DNA of 64,000 nt from Octopus vulgaris. Lineage: Eukaryota. The translations under genes were made by a program, and so were the position numbers. The stretch lies in contig OX597825.1 in assembly GCA_951406725.2 (NCBI GenBank), positions 17,856,001 to 17,920,000 on the forward strand. The letters are read 5' to 3'. Shown here piece after piece: positions 1-11,568 of the stretch (its first letter is position 1; the number at the start of each line of letters is the position of its first letter). The notes under the pieces are model-generated. The model was given only the letters and a program-made list of their open reading frames with translations. It did not search any database and was not told where the DNA came from.

Positions 1-165
1 ACAGAGGGGACAGACAAGGACAGACAAACGGATTAAGTCAATTACATCGACCCCAGTGCGTAACTAGTACTTAATTTATCGATCCCGAAAGTATGCAAGG
101 CAAAGTCGTCCTCGGCGGAATTTGAACTCAGAACGTAACGGCAGTCGAAATACGGCTACGCATTT
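1..165 (-). mobile_element. SINE family A copy (A1-type tail), cut by the window edge, 5' head missing
   Basis: Near-identical to the copies at 19697-19920 and 56447-56676 (ggacagacaaacggattaagtc...gaccccagtgcgtaact...cctcggcggaatttgaactcagaacgtaacggcag). Confidence 0.85.
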
Positions 166-658
166 CCTTTTTAAATACCGTATGTTGTACTGAGTGTGTT
201 TTCCAAAGTACGTGTTCCCACGATGTTTATATCTTGCGGAGTGACTCATTGCCGTTGAAATAGCACTTTCCTTTGCAATTTATTAAGTTTAATTGTTATC
301 AGCTCTAAAGTTTCATTTTCAAATTATATATTTTTTTAGTTGCTATGCAGCAAATTTGATATAATTAAAAATGTCATCAATTATTATATCGATTGATATT
401 TGGGACATTGTATCAGTAGTTTGGTATACATTTACAAGTAATGACATTTAGAAGACAAAAACCTCTGATTAATCGTTTCAATAATTAATTAGAGGAAGAA
501 ATTATAGTCAGTCGTAGATTTTTCTGATTGAGACTATTGAAATTCGGAGGAATGGTATTAAACGTCAAGGAGTGGATACCATAGAAATATCAGTATCTCG
601 CTATAGACAAGCATTAATGGTTACATTAAAAAAATGTGATTACATGTGCTTGTATGTA

Positions 659-660
<2 letters not shown>

Positions 661-697
<37 letters not shown>

Positions 698-784
698 TAT
701 CCATATAAATATATATATATATGTATGTATTATGCATATATATATATATATATATACGTATGTATATATATATTTATATATATA

Positions 785-840
<56 letters not shown>
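661..840. repeat. Interrupted (TA)n microsatellite, one of dozens in the window
   Basis: Direct inspection. Confidence 0.95.
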
Positions 841-844
<4 letters not shown>

Positions 845-1014
845 TTTTTGTTTGAAAATCACCTTTTGTATAAAAGTATGACAAGTCTGTGTTACGATTA
901 ATCCACTTACTTTGATACTCTCAATATCACGACGAGGTATTCATTTTTATTCACCATAACAATTCCCTCAACATGCTATCATTGTGCATGGTAGACCAAG
1001 CGTGGTTCAATAAT

Positions 1015-1190
1015 CACATGATGAAAGACATTCAAGCTATCATACACTTTACATTTTGATATATCTTCATCATCCTTGACTATATCATCTAATGTGCCCT
1101 TCTGTCGCTATGCGATGGTACACAAAGATTTAGTGGGATACATGGCTGGTGTTGAAAGCTTGTTCAGTGCCCACATACAGAACCTCACGT
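1015..1190. mobile_element. Highly diverged interspersed repeat, probably an old SINE; related piece at about 52205-52400
   Basis: Weak similarity between the two loci and to a remembered cephalopod repeat; not verified. Confidence 0.25.
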
Positions 1191-1534
1191 TGGCACAACG
1201 CTTTACTTCATAATCTGATCTAGTGGAGTAGAAGGTCGATATCACTCCTGATGATGATGTGACTGTTGATTAAATTATGCACGTAGATATTGTGATATCA
1301 TGTAAGGCCATATAAAATAATTTGATATTCTCAAATCACTAACTCATATTTCGATAGCCTGTAGTGAGCTATGAGTGATCTACAATATCAACCACATTTA
1401 CTAGCAACTGACACACAAGGGAGATTTTTATACAAAGGAAATTGTGTAAAGCTTTCGAATACTATGTAAATATATCCTCATTTATTGTACCAAAGAAATA
1501 TTCAACTAACTAGCGTATGTAACAAGCATAACTG

Positions 1535-1750
1535 TTTCAAATGTTGGTACAATGCCACTAATATTAGACTGAGCACTGGGGATCGATTACATTGACCCCA
1601 GTGTGCAAATGGTACTTATTCTATTTTCCCCGAAATGATGGAAGACAAAGCTGACCTCGGTAGAATTTTGAAATTCAGAATTTAATCCCTGGAAAGAAAT
1701 ACGACGAGGAATCTTATGCAATTTTGTAAAGATTTAACGGGCCAGGCAAA
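1535..1750 (-). mobile_element. Diverged SINE family A copy (A2-type tail)
   Basis: tcgattacattgaccccagtgtg...ggtacttatt...cccgaaatgatggaagacaaagctgacctcggtagaattttgaaattcaga matches the family A body. Confidence 0.7.
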
Positions 1751-2799
1751 CGTATAAATATCATTAAAATAGGATGTCCGTATTTGAGTTGAACATGCTT
1801 TGACGTTGGAAGATAACGCTATGTATTGCTTCGGCAATAAATATACTAACATTCGAACGATTGTACATCTCACAGTTGACCTGACGTCATACAAAAGATC
1901 ATAAAGTGAGACATCGCAGTTAAGTGGCTTCGGACTGGGATATACTGCTTGGCAATATGGTTTGTGTCCTACCACAGCTTCTGTTTGACTAAAGCTTGTG
2001 AGCCGAATTTAGTAAAAGAACGCTACGTAAACTTACCCTGGGTTATCGTCAGAATAAAGTAGGACAATGGAATCTTGAGAAGTAGAACTGATACAAAATT
2101 CCATTAATCCTTTGGTTTTGGTAAATAAAAGAAGATCCAGTATTCGTAACGAAATTGAGTCTTAACAGGCAAAGGAGGCGAGCATTCGAATTCGTTGTAT
2201 AATATGATTACGAATAGATCATATCAAAATTTTTATATCCATATATATTTTTGCATGCGTGTATTTGCGCATGAACACATATTTGTTGGTTGTATGTACA
2301 AACATGTGGGTTTGATGGAGCCAGAGCGTTTGGTGTACACACAAAAGTACGCATATATTGTTACATATCAACATCGCTTGTATATGTCTTTGTTTTGTAC
2401 ATTATCTTTGTTGTTCAGTGCCAAATCGCAAGTATAGCAGATGTTGCAGTTATCTAGTCATTATATCTATTCCATTGAATGCAAGCAAAAATGAAAACTA
2501 CCATCTTCCTTCACTCGGTCATTTGATGCGTTTAAACTATCATTATATGACAACTATACTCTCTGCAACCATTCTTATTTTTTTTTTTTGCCTATCCTAT
2601 TTTTTGTTTCTTTTTAGATTATTTCTGTTGCTTTTCCTTATTTTCCGGCTGCTCTCAAGCTTGGATTGGATCAATTTCTTCATTCATTTTAAATGCCGCT
2701 TTGCTGTATTCGCATTGATATAAAGATACGTTGCATACATGATACATGAGTCATACATATATGCATATATACTTACATGCAAGCATACACGTACAATCA

Positions 2800-2804
2800 C
2801 ACAC

Positions 2805-2852
<48 letters not shown>

Positions 2853-3004
2853 GGGGGAGAGAGAGGGGGAGAGAGAGAAAGAGGGTGAGAGGGAGAGAGA
2901 GCAAAAGAGATAGCTATGTAGATGATACAGGCAGATGTAAACTGCACACATACACACACATACAAAATAGACAAACATATAGATGAATAGCTAGTTAAGT
3001 ACAC

Positions 3005-3102
<98 letters not shown>

Positions 3103-3140
3103 CCAGCCAGCCAGCCAGACAGACAGACAGAAAGACAGAA
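2800..3140. repeat. Compound microsatellite (TA)n/(GA)n/(GATA)n/(CAGC)n/(CAGA)n
   Basis: Direct inspection; (GATA)n core at about 3006-3100. Confidence 0.95.
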
Positions 3141-3891
3141 AGACAGATAAGTATCAAATAAAAAATAGGAAAAAACTGTCGAATATTATTGCGATGCAAC
3201 AATATTAGAGAAAGACAAACAGATACATAATTGATAATGTAAAAGTAACTACCTCGAACGATATATTGTGCCACAACTTCGAAGTTACTGTCATCATTTT
3301 AGAAAGAAATATTCGATTTGAAACCACATATTATTGAGATATTAATTCAAATAAAATTTATATATACATATGTATGTATATATAATATCTACACGATGCA
3401 GATAAATGTAAAGAGAGAGCAACAACATAGTTCGGTTAAGATATATGGCTGTAGAAATTGGTTAAAACATTATCAGTTATATACAAAGAAAATAGAAACA
3501 TATGCTTATACGCATTCGAACAATCACTTCCGGATGAAGAATAATTTTAAAGAACGCTTGTGCAAATATGGAAGCCCTTGAATACACATACAGAAATACT
3601 TACATACATACACACACACACACACGCATTTACATGTGTGTATAATTATGTTTGAGTTATCTGCGTGTGTGCGTGTGTGTGTGAATATTCATCCATAAGA
3701 ACATGAATTCATGTTCAAATACGCATGCATACATCTCAGCCATTTAATTTCTCACCCTGATTCCTAAGTAACTCACGCAAGGCAATAGGTGTGCGGCGGT
3801 GTTTAGATTTGTGAGAAAGACAGGTTCCTATGCATTTGAGTGTGTCTGTGTGTTTGTGTGTGTAGTTATGTGTATAAGGGGGCGTTTAAGA

Positions 3892-3942
<51 letters not shown>

Positions 3943-4040
3943 CACGCACATTCACCTCACACACAAACACAGTGTATTTTTGCATATTGAGTTACTTATG
4001 CGTTTGCCTGTCAATTGTGGGTGTATATTTCTAATGGCTT

Positions 4041-4082
<42 letters not shown>

Positions 4083-4627
4083 CTCACAAAGGATGATCTA
4101 TAATTTCCTCTGCCCCTATTTTATTTCCCATCATTGAACAAAGCATATAGTGAAAACCATACACCGTCTTTGGATGGTCGATCATATATATGGTAATGGG
4201 AACTTTGCTTTCAAAATTTTATATATTCAGTGCGATACACACAACAGAACCATAAAAAAAAAATTTAAATTTTATTTTCAACATTTTCTCGTTAGAACAT
4301 AGATATTTCACTTAATTATATTCTTGAACACATTATTAGACCTTTACATTATAGAAGTGCATTTGCGACTCTGTAACAAAAATATACCTGAGAATAAGAA
4401 ATGAATCTTAAAATGAAAAACGAAATATATGCTAACCGCAAATCTATCGCAAAGGTTGAATTTTTATACTGTCTGAGATAAAAATCTGTTACACAAGATT
4501 TTTCTCATCGGCTGAAACCATTTTACTTTTAAGCTAGTATATCCACTGATCGTCAGAAAATCAATCAAAAAATTAAAATATCCTAGAAACATATGAGAAC
4601 AGATAATATTGTAATAATGTAATATTT

Positions 4628-4825
4628 TAAATGTAAGTCATAAGCGTGTATGTTCAGAATCAGCTTATATTAGAATATAGTACAGCCCAGACCAGCAAGA
4701 TATATGTGTGAGTCGTTAGAGACAGTTGTGAAGTGTAAATGGAGTTTTCACGGTCTTAGTGTCAGCCATTGTTAAATTAAGTCGATTTTACTTTACGTTG
4801 AATTGTAGCTCAATTTATGAATAAA
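4628..4825 (-). repeat. About 195-bp inverted copy of 8685-8883
   Basis: gtcataagcgtgtatgttcagaatcag...aagtcgattttactttacgttgaattgtagc is the reverse complement of gctacaattcatcgtaaagtaaaatcgactt...ctgattctgaacatacacgcttatgac with scattered mismatches. Confidence 0.9.
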
Positions 4826-5222
4826 TGCCAAGCAGATAGAATAGTTAACACTCCAGGCAAAATCCTTAATGCATTTCGTCCGTTTTACGTTCTAAATTCC
4901 GGCCATTGGAGATTTTAATCTTTTATAAATTATCATACATATTTCTCCTAAATATGATACCTTATGCCTATATCATAATTCAATATATATAACTACAAAA
5001 AACATTGGAGAATTTCATGTTTGATATGGTGGCGAACAGAGGAACCGATCCTACTTTGTTCTGTAGCTTTTTTTGTTTCTCTTCTATCTTAGTTTAAATT
5101 CAAGTTGGTTGAAATGTTATTGTGGACATCGATTAAACAAAAAATGGTAACATATTCAAACCGATAAAATATGGTTGCAGAAGAACTGAATAAATATAGA
5201 ATAGATAACAAGGAGAACTCAC

Positions 5223-5342
5223 TCGTAGTATGTAGTCATATAAGGATTGTGCTGTCAGATATATTCGTTCTTTTTCTTTTATCTCCTCAAGCATTTTAAT
5301 AATTTCCAGTGTTGTTTGATTTAACATGAGATAGATTTTTAT
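5223..5342 (-). CDS. Candidate exon or pseudo-exon (IKIYLMLNQTTLEIIKMLEEIKEKERIYLTAQSLYDYILR), product unknown
   Basis: 40 open codons ending at a strong CGA|GTGAGT donor. The acceptor (GCACAG) is weak; the frame extends upstream to a TTGTTCAG acceptor with one internal TAA. Confidence 0.2.
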
Positions 5343-5419
5343 CTGTGCTTTATGTTAGTTTGGTTCCCTATTCTTTAACAACTTTTGTCTATCATATTTG
5401 AAATCTGAACAAATTTTAC

Positions 5420-5567
5420 CTATTTTCGGGCTGATGATTACAGAGTGCCAAGTAGCAAAAGTCGAGCGATTTTCTCTGCCAACCCACTAGATAAATTTGC
5501 CGCATGAACATCAGTTCATGCGTCGTTAATATAGGCGGATTCTGACAATTCGGTTTTAACTGTAGTC
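5420..5567 (-). CDS. Candidate exon (LQLKPNCQNPPILTTHELMFMRQIYLVGWQRKSLDFCYLALCNHQPEN), product unknown
   Basis: Pyrimidine-rich acceptor ending TACGCAG, one open frame, AG|GTAAAA donor. Phase does not join the 5223-5342 candidate. Confidence 0.18.
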
Positions 5568-5828
5568 CTGCGTATAGCGTTGAAAATTGAAGAAAAATGT
5601 TATCTTAATTATCTCAATTTGAAAATTATTAGGATTAAAATTAAAAATTGTATTTCTTTTTAACTGACGAAGGCGATCATTAGTTATCGCGATTTGTACT
5701 TTAATGCCTAATAGTAACTATTTTCTCCGGTAAAGCCGTCAACGAAAATAAACTCATTAACAAACAACATGCTGCTCAAATTATTATTACTTCGAAATAA
5801 AACACCAAACAATATGCTTCAGATTCCA

Positions 5829-6437
5829 AACTCAACGCTTAATGAGTATAAATATAATTACCACATTCAAAAGAACGGAATATCCCGCCAGGAGTGAAAG
5901 AGAGAGAGAGAATGGGGTCTTGCATAACATTTGATTGTCTACGTGTGTGCTGTAGTATTTTTGTAGAAAGGGTATCAGAGCTTGAGAATCAATTCAGTAT
6001 TTTGTATAGTTTTTCTGCTCTACAGTTTTCTACGAATACACTGGGGAGCAATGTTCAATAAATTTAGCCGATATTTGTGTATGTTTGTCATTATTTAGTT
6101 TATTTCTGGATTACTTGCCATTAGTGAAAGAACTCAGAACTTAATGAGTATAAATATAATTACCGCATTCTAAAGAACAGAATATCCCGCCAGGAGTGAG
6201 AGAGAGAGAGAGAGGGTGGTCCTTGCCTAACAGTTGATTGTCTATGTGTGTGCCGTAGTATTTTTGTAGAAAGGACTTCAGAGTTTGAGAATGAATTCAT
6301 TATTTTGTATAGTTTTTTCTGTTCTACAGTTTTCTACGACTGCGCTGGGGAGCAACGTTCAATAGAATTAACCGATATGTGTGTATGTTTGTCATTATTT
6401 AGTGTATTTCAGGATTACTTGCCATTAGAGAAAGAAC
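5829..6437 (+). repeat. Tandem duplication, two units of about 302 bp (5829-6130 and 6131-6437)
   Basis: Both units run cttaatgagtataaatataattacc...gaatatcccgccaggagtga(ga)n...gattacttgccattag..aaagaac. Confidence 0.95.
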
Positions 6438-6462
6438 CGGTTTCTAACCTAGATCCATTAAT
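6413..6462 (+). CDS. Candidate 50-nt exon (DYLPLEKEPVSNLDPL)
   Basis: TATTTCAG acceptor, open frame, AT|GTATGT donor (which is also the start of a (GTAT)n run). The upstream duplicate has CTG instead of CAG. Confidence 0.25.
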
Positions 6463-6699
6463 GTATGTATGTATGTATGTATGTATGTATGTATGTATAT
6501 ATGTATATATGCATGTATCTTTGTATGTATAAGAAAAGTAGAATGACGAACATAAATATATAACTTGACGAATATCCAGAGTTAGAATGAATATTGAGCA
6601 GAATAAAATCAGCGATTGAAACAGAGAACGATAGAGAAAGAGAGAGACAGGGAGAGAGGGGGAGAGAAAAAGAGAGAGACAAAGGGTGAGGTGGAGAGA

Positions 6700-7085
6700 T
6701 AGAGAAATTGAGATGGAGACTCGCTCTTAAAAATAGAAAACAGATAATATTATTCAAAATTTCAGCTACGATACACGGAAAAGTAAAATCGACTTTTATT
6801 TTGCAAGTTGTTTTTTACAGTTTCAACTGACGTTTATGACTCAGAATGGTTTCGGTTTTATCGCCATTTTCCTCCATCTTCAAACTGCTTGATTCCCTAC
6901 ATGCGGAGTTATTCCTTTGGTACCCATCTCTCCCTCAGTCACCCATCATTTCGTATAATATCCTGTATCTTATTAACTTAATTTAGTCAGTTAGACAGTG
7001 GCACCAATCAGTCGAGAGTCGTTGGATGACTCATATCGGATATGCATTAGATGTAATGTCAAAGTTGAGATACACAACATTCATA
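6700..7085 (+). repeat. Old diverged direct copy of about 8590-9055
   Basis: Collinear blocks: aaagtaaaatcgactt, catctctcc, cttattaact.aattta, gttggatgactca/gttagatgactca, gtcaaagttgaga.aca; offset about 1.95 kb. Confidence 0.7.
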
Positions 7086-7120
7086 TACATCTGTGTGTGT
7101 GTGTGTATGTGTGTGTATTT

Positions 7121-7152
<32 letters not shown>

Positions 7153-7392
7153 ATACACGACTGAATTCTGCTCAGTATCCGTATAACAATTTTCTAAATT
7201 CTATTCACGGGACAATGATCAAACGCGGTTACTGCAATAAGAACTCTTACTAGAAGACTCTGTCGCAGGATCGAATCCGCGACTATATAGTCATGAAATG
7301 GAATTCATAAACATAGAATACATAAGCATCTACGTCTGTATATACATACATATATCTATGTGGGTGTGTATGCGTGTGTGTATATGTGTGCG

Positions 7393-7442
<50 letters not shown>

Positions 7443-7443
7443 C

Positions 7444-7501
<58 letters not shown>

Positions 7502-7516
7502 GTGTGTGTGTGTTAG

Positions 7517-7652
7517 GAAAAATGAATAGAAATGGCTTTTTCTGATAATTTTAATAATTAGATGTTTATGAGTTTACAATTTTGTGAACTTATAAACATC
7601 TAATTATTAAAGTGGAATAAATTTCAGAAAAAGCCATTTCTATTCATTTTTC
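7517..7652. repeat. 136-bp fold-back palindrome flanked by (TA)n/(TG)n
   Basis: Perfect 29-bp outer stem (7517-7545 with 7624-7652) and a 30-bp inner stem with two mismatches. Confidence 0.9.
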
Positions 7653-7696
7653 AAATATCAAATACTGTATGAAAGGCTTGCTATTTTTATATTTTA

Positions 7697-7754
<58 letters not shown>

Positions 7755-7801
7755 ATGTATAATTATATATTTGTATGAATATATATAAGAATATATACAT
7801 A

Positions 7802-7914
<113 letters not shown>

Positions 7915-8173
7915 GGGAATATGATTCCAAACCTACAGGGAATAATTCAATTTAGTAAAACTAACACTAAATTGCTACATGGTGAATTTTCTCTAATTTA
8001 TATATATATATGTGTGTATGTGTGTATGTGTGTGTGTGCGTGTGTGTGTATGTATATATGTATATGTATGCGTATATATCTATATATATGTATATATATA
8101 TATAGAGAGATAAATACATGTACACACACACACATACACACATATATATATATATATATTTATACATATATAT

Positions 8174-8207
<34 letters not shown>

Positions 8208-8684
8208 TTATGTATATAAATCTGAACATCAGAATGGCTTAAAATATGAAAACCTGTTCTCTTCAAATAGGTATTATAGTTGGTTATCTTGCAGCAGTGA
8301 TAGAGAATGGCTGTACGTGGCTCATGTCTCTTGAATGTCTTTCTGCTGCCATCTTTGTCTATTACTGATGTTGAACATGTACCTTCCACGTTTGTTTGGG
8401 TTTGTCAAAACTAATGCGCCTTCGTGACACTTTTTAGCCGCATGTCCATCAGACACCATTTATATATTTAGAATTTTAACCATTCTCTATTTATTTTAAC
8501 CTACCTCTGTTATATAGAGGGGAAAGGGCATGAGAGGTTTGTATAACTAGAGGGAAAGAATTAGACAGAAAAAGAGAAAGAGAGTTCGAAACTGAATATG
8601 AGGTTCATTTTTAAGTGGAAAGACAGATAAAGATGTATGATACATCATATTTCTGCTGCCCGGTCGCATACATAAATTAATATG

Positions 8685-8883
8685 ATTTATTCATAAATTC
8701 CGCTACAATTCATCGTAAAGTAAAATCGACTTAATTTAACAATGGTTGATACTTAGACTGTAAAAGCTCCATTTACACTCCCCAACTGCCTTTAACGACT
8801 CACACATATATCTTGCCTGTCTGTGCTGTACTATATTCTAGTGTAAACTGATTCTGAACATACACGCTTATGACTTAGATCTA
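8685..8883 (+). repeat. Partner arm of the 4628-4825 inverted repeat, inside the older 8590-9055 duplicate
   Basis: See 4628-4825 and 6700-7085. Confidence 0.9.
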
Positions 8884-9060
8884 CGCATCATCTCTCCTAC
8901 TATCCTTTAGCTATTCTGTATCGCTATCCTATTTTTCCTTATTAACTCAATTTAATAAGTTCAACTGTGGCATCAAGTCCTGTGACGTTAGATGACTCAC
9001 TCACTATGGATGTATGCTTTATAACGTCAAAGTTGAGACACAGTGCATTCAAACTCGCAC

Positions 9061-9100
<40 letters not shown>

Positions 9101-9562
9101 AAGGACGACAACAACAAGTATAAGAGAAAGAACCCACAAGCGATAATATAAGCATACAATGCATATTCACAGATTCTTACATTATCGTTTCTCCCCTACA
9201 CCATTTTCGCAGCATCTACTGATCTGGCTTTGTCTCCGTCTGCGTGGAACTCTGCCAAATGCTAGAAAATGTGTATCGATCGGCCACTAATAATTCTAAT
9301 ACCGAAAAGCAAGACCAAAGATGAGAGACGATTGAAGGTTTTGTTCGTATTAACAAGGTTATGGATTTACCATAATGGCTTGGAACAACAACAAGAACTG
9401 TAGCGCAGTATATAGAAGAATAGAAAACAGTAACGCATATTTAGTACAAGCAAAGAAATAACATTTTGTTTTTGTTATGAAAATTTCATAACAGAGATGG
9501 GAGGCGTTGTTAATACTAGTCCTCATTAATTAGTTATAAAAAATACTTCGACAACAAACTAG

Positions 9563-9623
9563 CTTATTATTATATTTGCTATTATTATTATTACCATTAT
9601 TATTATTATTATTATTATTATTA

Positions 9624-9680
<57 letters not shown>

Positions 9681-9908
9681 GTATTGCTATTGTTACTATT
9701 ATTATTATTGTTGTTGTTTTTGTTGTTGTTGCTGTTGACGTTGTAAATATCATCATGATCATCATGATCATCATCATCGTCATCATCATCATCATCATCA
9801 ATCATCATCATCGTAATCATCATCATCATCATCATCGTCATCATCGTCAGCATCATCATCATCATCGTAATCATCATCATCGTAATCATCATCATCGTAA
9901 TCATCATG

Positions 9909-9942
<34 letters not shown>
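9563..9942. repeat. Compound trinucleotide microsatellite (ATT)n-(GTT)n-(CAT)n
   Basis: Direct inspection; source of the poly-M/I/D/H ORFs. Confidence 0.95.
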
Positions 9943-9945
9943 CTG

Positions 9946-10168
9946 AGGCGGCAAGCAGGCGGAATCGTTAGCAAACCGGAAAAATAAAAACTACTTAGCA
10001 ACATTTCGTCTGTCCTCATATTCTGAGTTCTAATTCCGCCGAGGATGACACTACCCTTTATCCCCTCGGGGTAGAAAAAAAATTAGCATTCTAGCGCTGG
10101 GTTCGTTGTAATCGAGTTATCTTCCCCACCCCGATATTGTTGGCGTGATGGCAAACTTTTACAATCAT
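9946..10168 (+). mobile_element. Diverged full-length SINE family A copy
   Basis: aggcggcaagcaggcggaatcgttagc head, B-box-like gagttctaattcc, gccgagg body. Confidence 0.75.
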
Positions 10169-10224
10169 TATCAATATCCCGATTATCATCGTCATTATCC
10201 ACATTATCAGCGTTATAATCATCA

Positions 10225-10890
10225 TGAAACCCTTACAGTAGGCATAGAAAAGCCAATAGAGGAATGAATACGTCTACAGGCCAAAATGTTAGTGTACCTC
10301 TGAGTATTTTATGCCGTCTAGACGTGTTACCTAACTCTATTTGTGAACTAAGTTAGATATAGTAATGAGAATAAATATATCAATAACGATCGAGATTCGA
10401 TGTCGTACTCTGTTGTGAGTTCGCATGTGACTTTGTAGAGTGTTGTTATTAAGTGGACGATAGAGATGGAATATTTCGTGTCACTTAGGTGAAAGGCCAG
10501 TAGTGAGGATTAGGTTTCGCCATATTGTTATATTAACGATTTGTTGTCGCCAGGAGACATCTACAATTAGTGTGACACGAAGTATTTTTGAGCTTTTGAG
10601 AGAGATAAACTTCTGCGTTGCTCCTGTTTGAAGAGGATTAGGTGCAATAATACATTCTTCAAATATGTAGTGACTGCTTATTTTTCTATAACTTCGAGGG
10701 TGAGAGCAATGGCATGACCATGTTCAAGTATGTTTGCGAGATCTCTGTTTTATGCAGTTGTGCAGATTTAGTGTTGTCTAGATGTAAGTGATTATATTTT
10801 CGCGAAGAAAAGTATATACGAAATGTGGAATTATCTGTGCCCGTATGAACGTGGTTATATCCACCATAATGTGGTTCTCAAATAACCATG
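10225..10890 (-). mobile_element. Decayed non-LTR retrotransposon (LINE) RT and C-terminal remnant, CR1/L2/Jockey-like group
   Basis: Minus-strand pieces NHVHTGTDNSTF (degenerate HSYADDSTL), KILRVTLIVDVSWRQQIVNI (ILG...DLSW..HI), TLYKVTCELTTEY (LYKA.VRP.MEY) and LFYAYCKG (LFYRYYNG) occur in the expected order. Confidence 0.6.
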
Positions 10891-11174
10891 CATTCACAAT
10901 TACGTGTAAATTTTTATTCATATATATTGTGTAGTCAAGCAATTTCCCCTAGGAGAAGTCTGAGGATCGGTCATTCGTTTAGATCATTAACATTCAGTTG
11001 GGATCCCATATCATCTGGTTAAAAAGAAATGATCATATAACATAATTTGATGTGCAAGACCACATCTCAGTTGCAAATCGAACATTGGCAGCTATGAACT
11101 ATGAGACAAATATTGTTAAAAATCGCAGGCTGATAGCATTCATAAGTATACGTATCAGCTATAATATTTGCTTG

Positions 11175-11568
11175 GTGGAGGCGCAATGGCCCAGTGGTTA
11201 GGGCAGCGGACTCGCGGTCGTAGGATTGCGGTTTCGATTCCCAGACCGGGCGTTGTGAGTATTTATTGAGCGAAAACACCTAAAAAGCTCCACGAGGCTC
11301 CGGCAGGGATGGTGGTGATCCCTGCTGTACTCTTTCACCACAACATTCTCTCACTCTTACTTCCTGTTTCTGTTGTACCTGTATTTCAAAGGACCGGCCT
11401 TGTCACTCTCTGTGTCACGCTGAATCTCCCCGAGAACTACGTTAAGGGTAAACGTGTCTGTGGAGTGCTCAGCCACTTACACGTTAATTTCACGAGCAGG
11501 CTGTTCCGTTGATTTGGATCAACCGGAAGCCTCGTCGTCGTAACCGACGGAGTGCTTCCATCCATCCC
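11175..11568 (+). mobile_element. Young full-length tRNA-derived SINE, family B (possibly octopus OR-type), with 12-bp TSD
   Basis: A box TGGCCCAGTGG, B box GGTTTCGATTCC, TSD aatatttgcttg at 11163-11174 and 11569-11580, second copy at 28702-29088. Confidence 0.92.

Noticed and set aside
9213-9337. Apparent + strand exon after a strong TTTTCGCAG acceptor
   Set aside because: Stops in all three frames before a plausible donor.
9530-10019. Poly-M/D/H/N ORFs that resemble biomineralisation or His-rich proteins
   Set aside because: Pure (CAT)n/(ATT)n repeats open in several frames on both strands.
11177-11250. Possible tRNA gene
   Set aside because: It is the tRNA-derived head of a TSD-flanked SINE that has a second full copy at 28702-29088; no proper acceptor stem or terminator.
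11309-11512. Duplicated small ORF (MVVIPAV... / MAVIPAV... at 28752-28955) suggesting a gene pair
   Set aside because: Both lie inside family B SINE copies, so the similarity reflects repeat identity.
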